From positions 60,328,001-60,392,000 of the forward strand of contig CM052816.1 in the NCBI GenBank assembly GCA_028534125.1: DNA of 64,000 bases. The letters run 5' to 3'. Each line of letters begins with the position of its first letter. Positions within the stretch are counted from its first letter, which is position 1. Source of the DNA: Lama glama. Lineage: Eukaryota. Below the pieces are notes generated by a model, which worked only from the letters and a program-made list of their open reading frames with translations, made no database searches and was not told the DNA's origin. Position numbers and translations under genes: made by a program. Positions 63,621-64,000 of the stretch are shown here, piece after piece.

Positions 63621-64000
63621 AGAACATAGCTATAAATTTATGTTTCTATAACCACTGTGTAAAAAGGCATCAGAAGTAACACAGTACACATGTATTAGAA
63701 AGAAAAAGGGAGAGGGAGGGGAGAGACTTAATTTGTATTGGGCCAGGCTCTCTGGTAGATGCTTTCCAAATGCTATCTTTTATAAAGAAACAATTTTATT
63801 TAAAAAACAATTCTAGTGTCTTCTATTACTCTAAAATAAAGTTTCAAATTAAAGCCCAATTACCACCAACTTAACAAAAGTTTTAACTTCCTTATCATGA
63901 CAGAAATCTTTTAATTAGCAAAAGGATGTAATCCAAAGATGGCTTTAAAGATCCCTATTTTAAAAACATTCAGAACAAACAATGTGTAGGTGATTGTAAC

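Noticed and set aside
1..64000. Prokaryotic-type systems (CRISPR arrays, operons, defence islands)
   Set aside because: The sequence is mammalian intronic DNA. Direct repeats occur only as pairs (TSDs or local duplications), with no repeat-spacer arrays or long ORFs.

Overview
Mammalian genomic DNA, most likely camelid (camel/alpaca), judged from two tRNA-derived SINEs of the camelid type. The window lies inside the large 5' intronic region of MAST4 (microtubule-associated Ser/Thr kinase 4), transcribed on the minus strand; the gene was identified from recalled isoform N-terminal sequences, not a database search. It contains no kinase-domain exons. It does contain a set of small phase-2 modules. 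These are an alternative first coding exon MKAQRERLQIPGLTL (48969-48923), a candidate 15-nt microexon (46460-46446), an 81-nt S/T-P-rich exon (45000-44920), a candidate terminal exon LVGPNAERISPL* (24077-24038), and a second alternative start exon MDMSDPNFWTVLSNFTLPHLRSGNRLRRTQ (7715-7624) under a CpG-island promoter. The rest is intron with L1, L2, MIR, MaLR LTR, hAT/Tigger elements, microsatellites and a 500-N gap. None of the supplied ORF-track ORFs looks like a real gene. The most interesting inference is that these small exons can splice entirely within the window into a 55-60 aa kinase-less MAST4 microprotein, with a microexon switch that adds an RRNS (PKA-type) site. Repeat boundaries and subfamily names are by eye and approximate.
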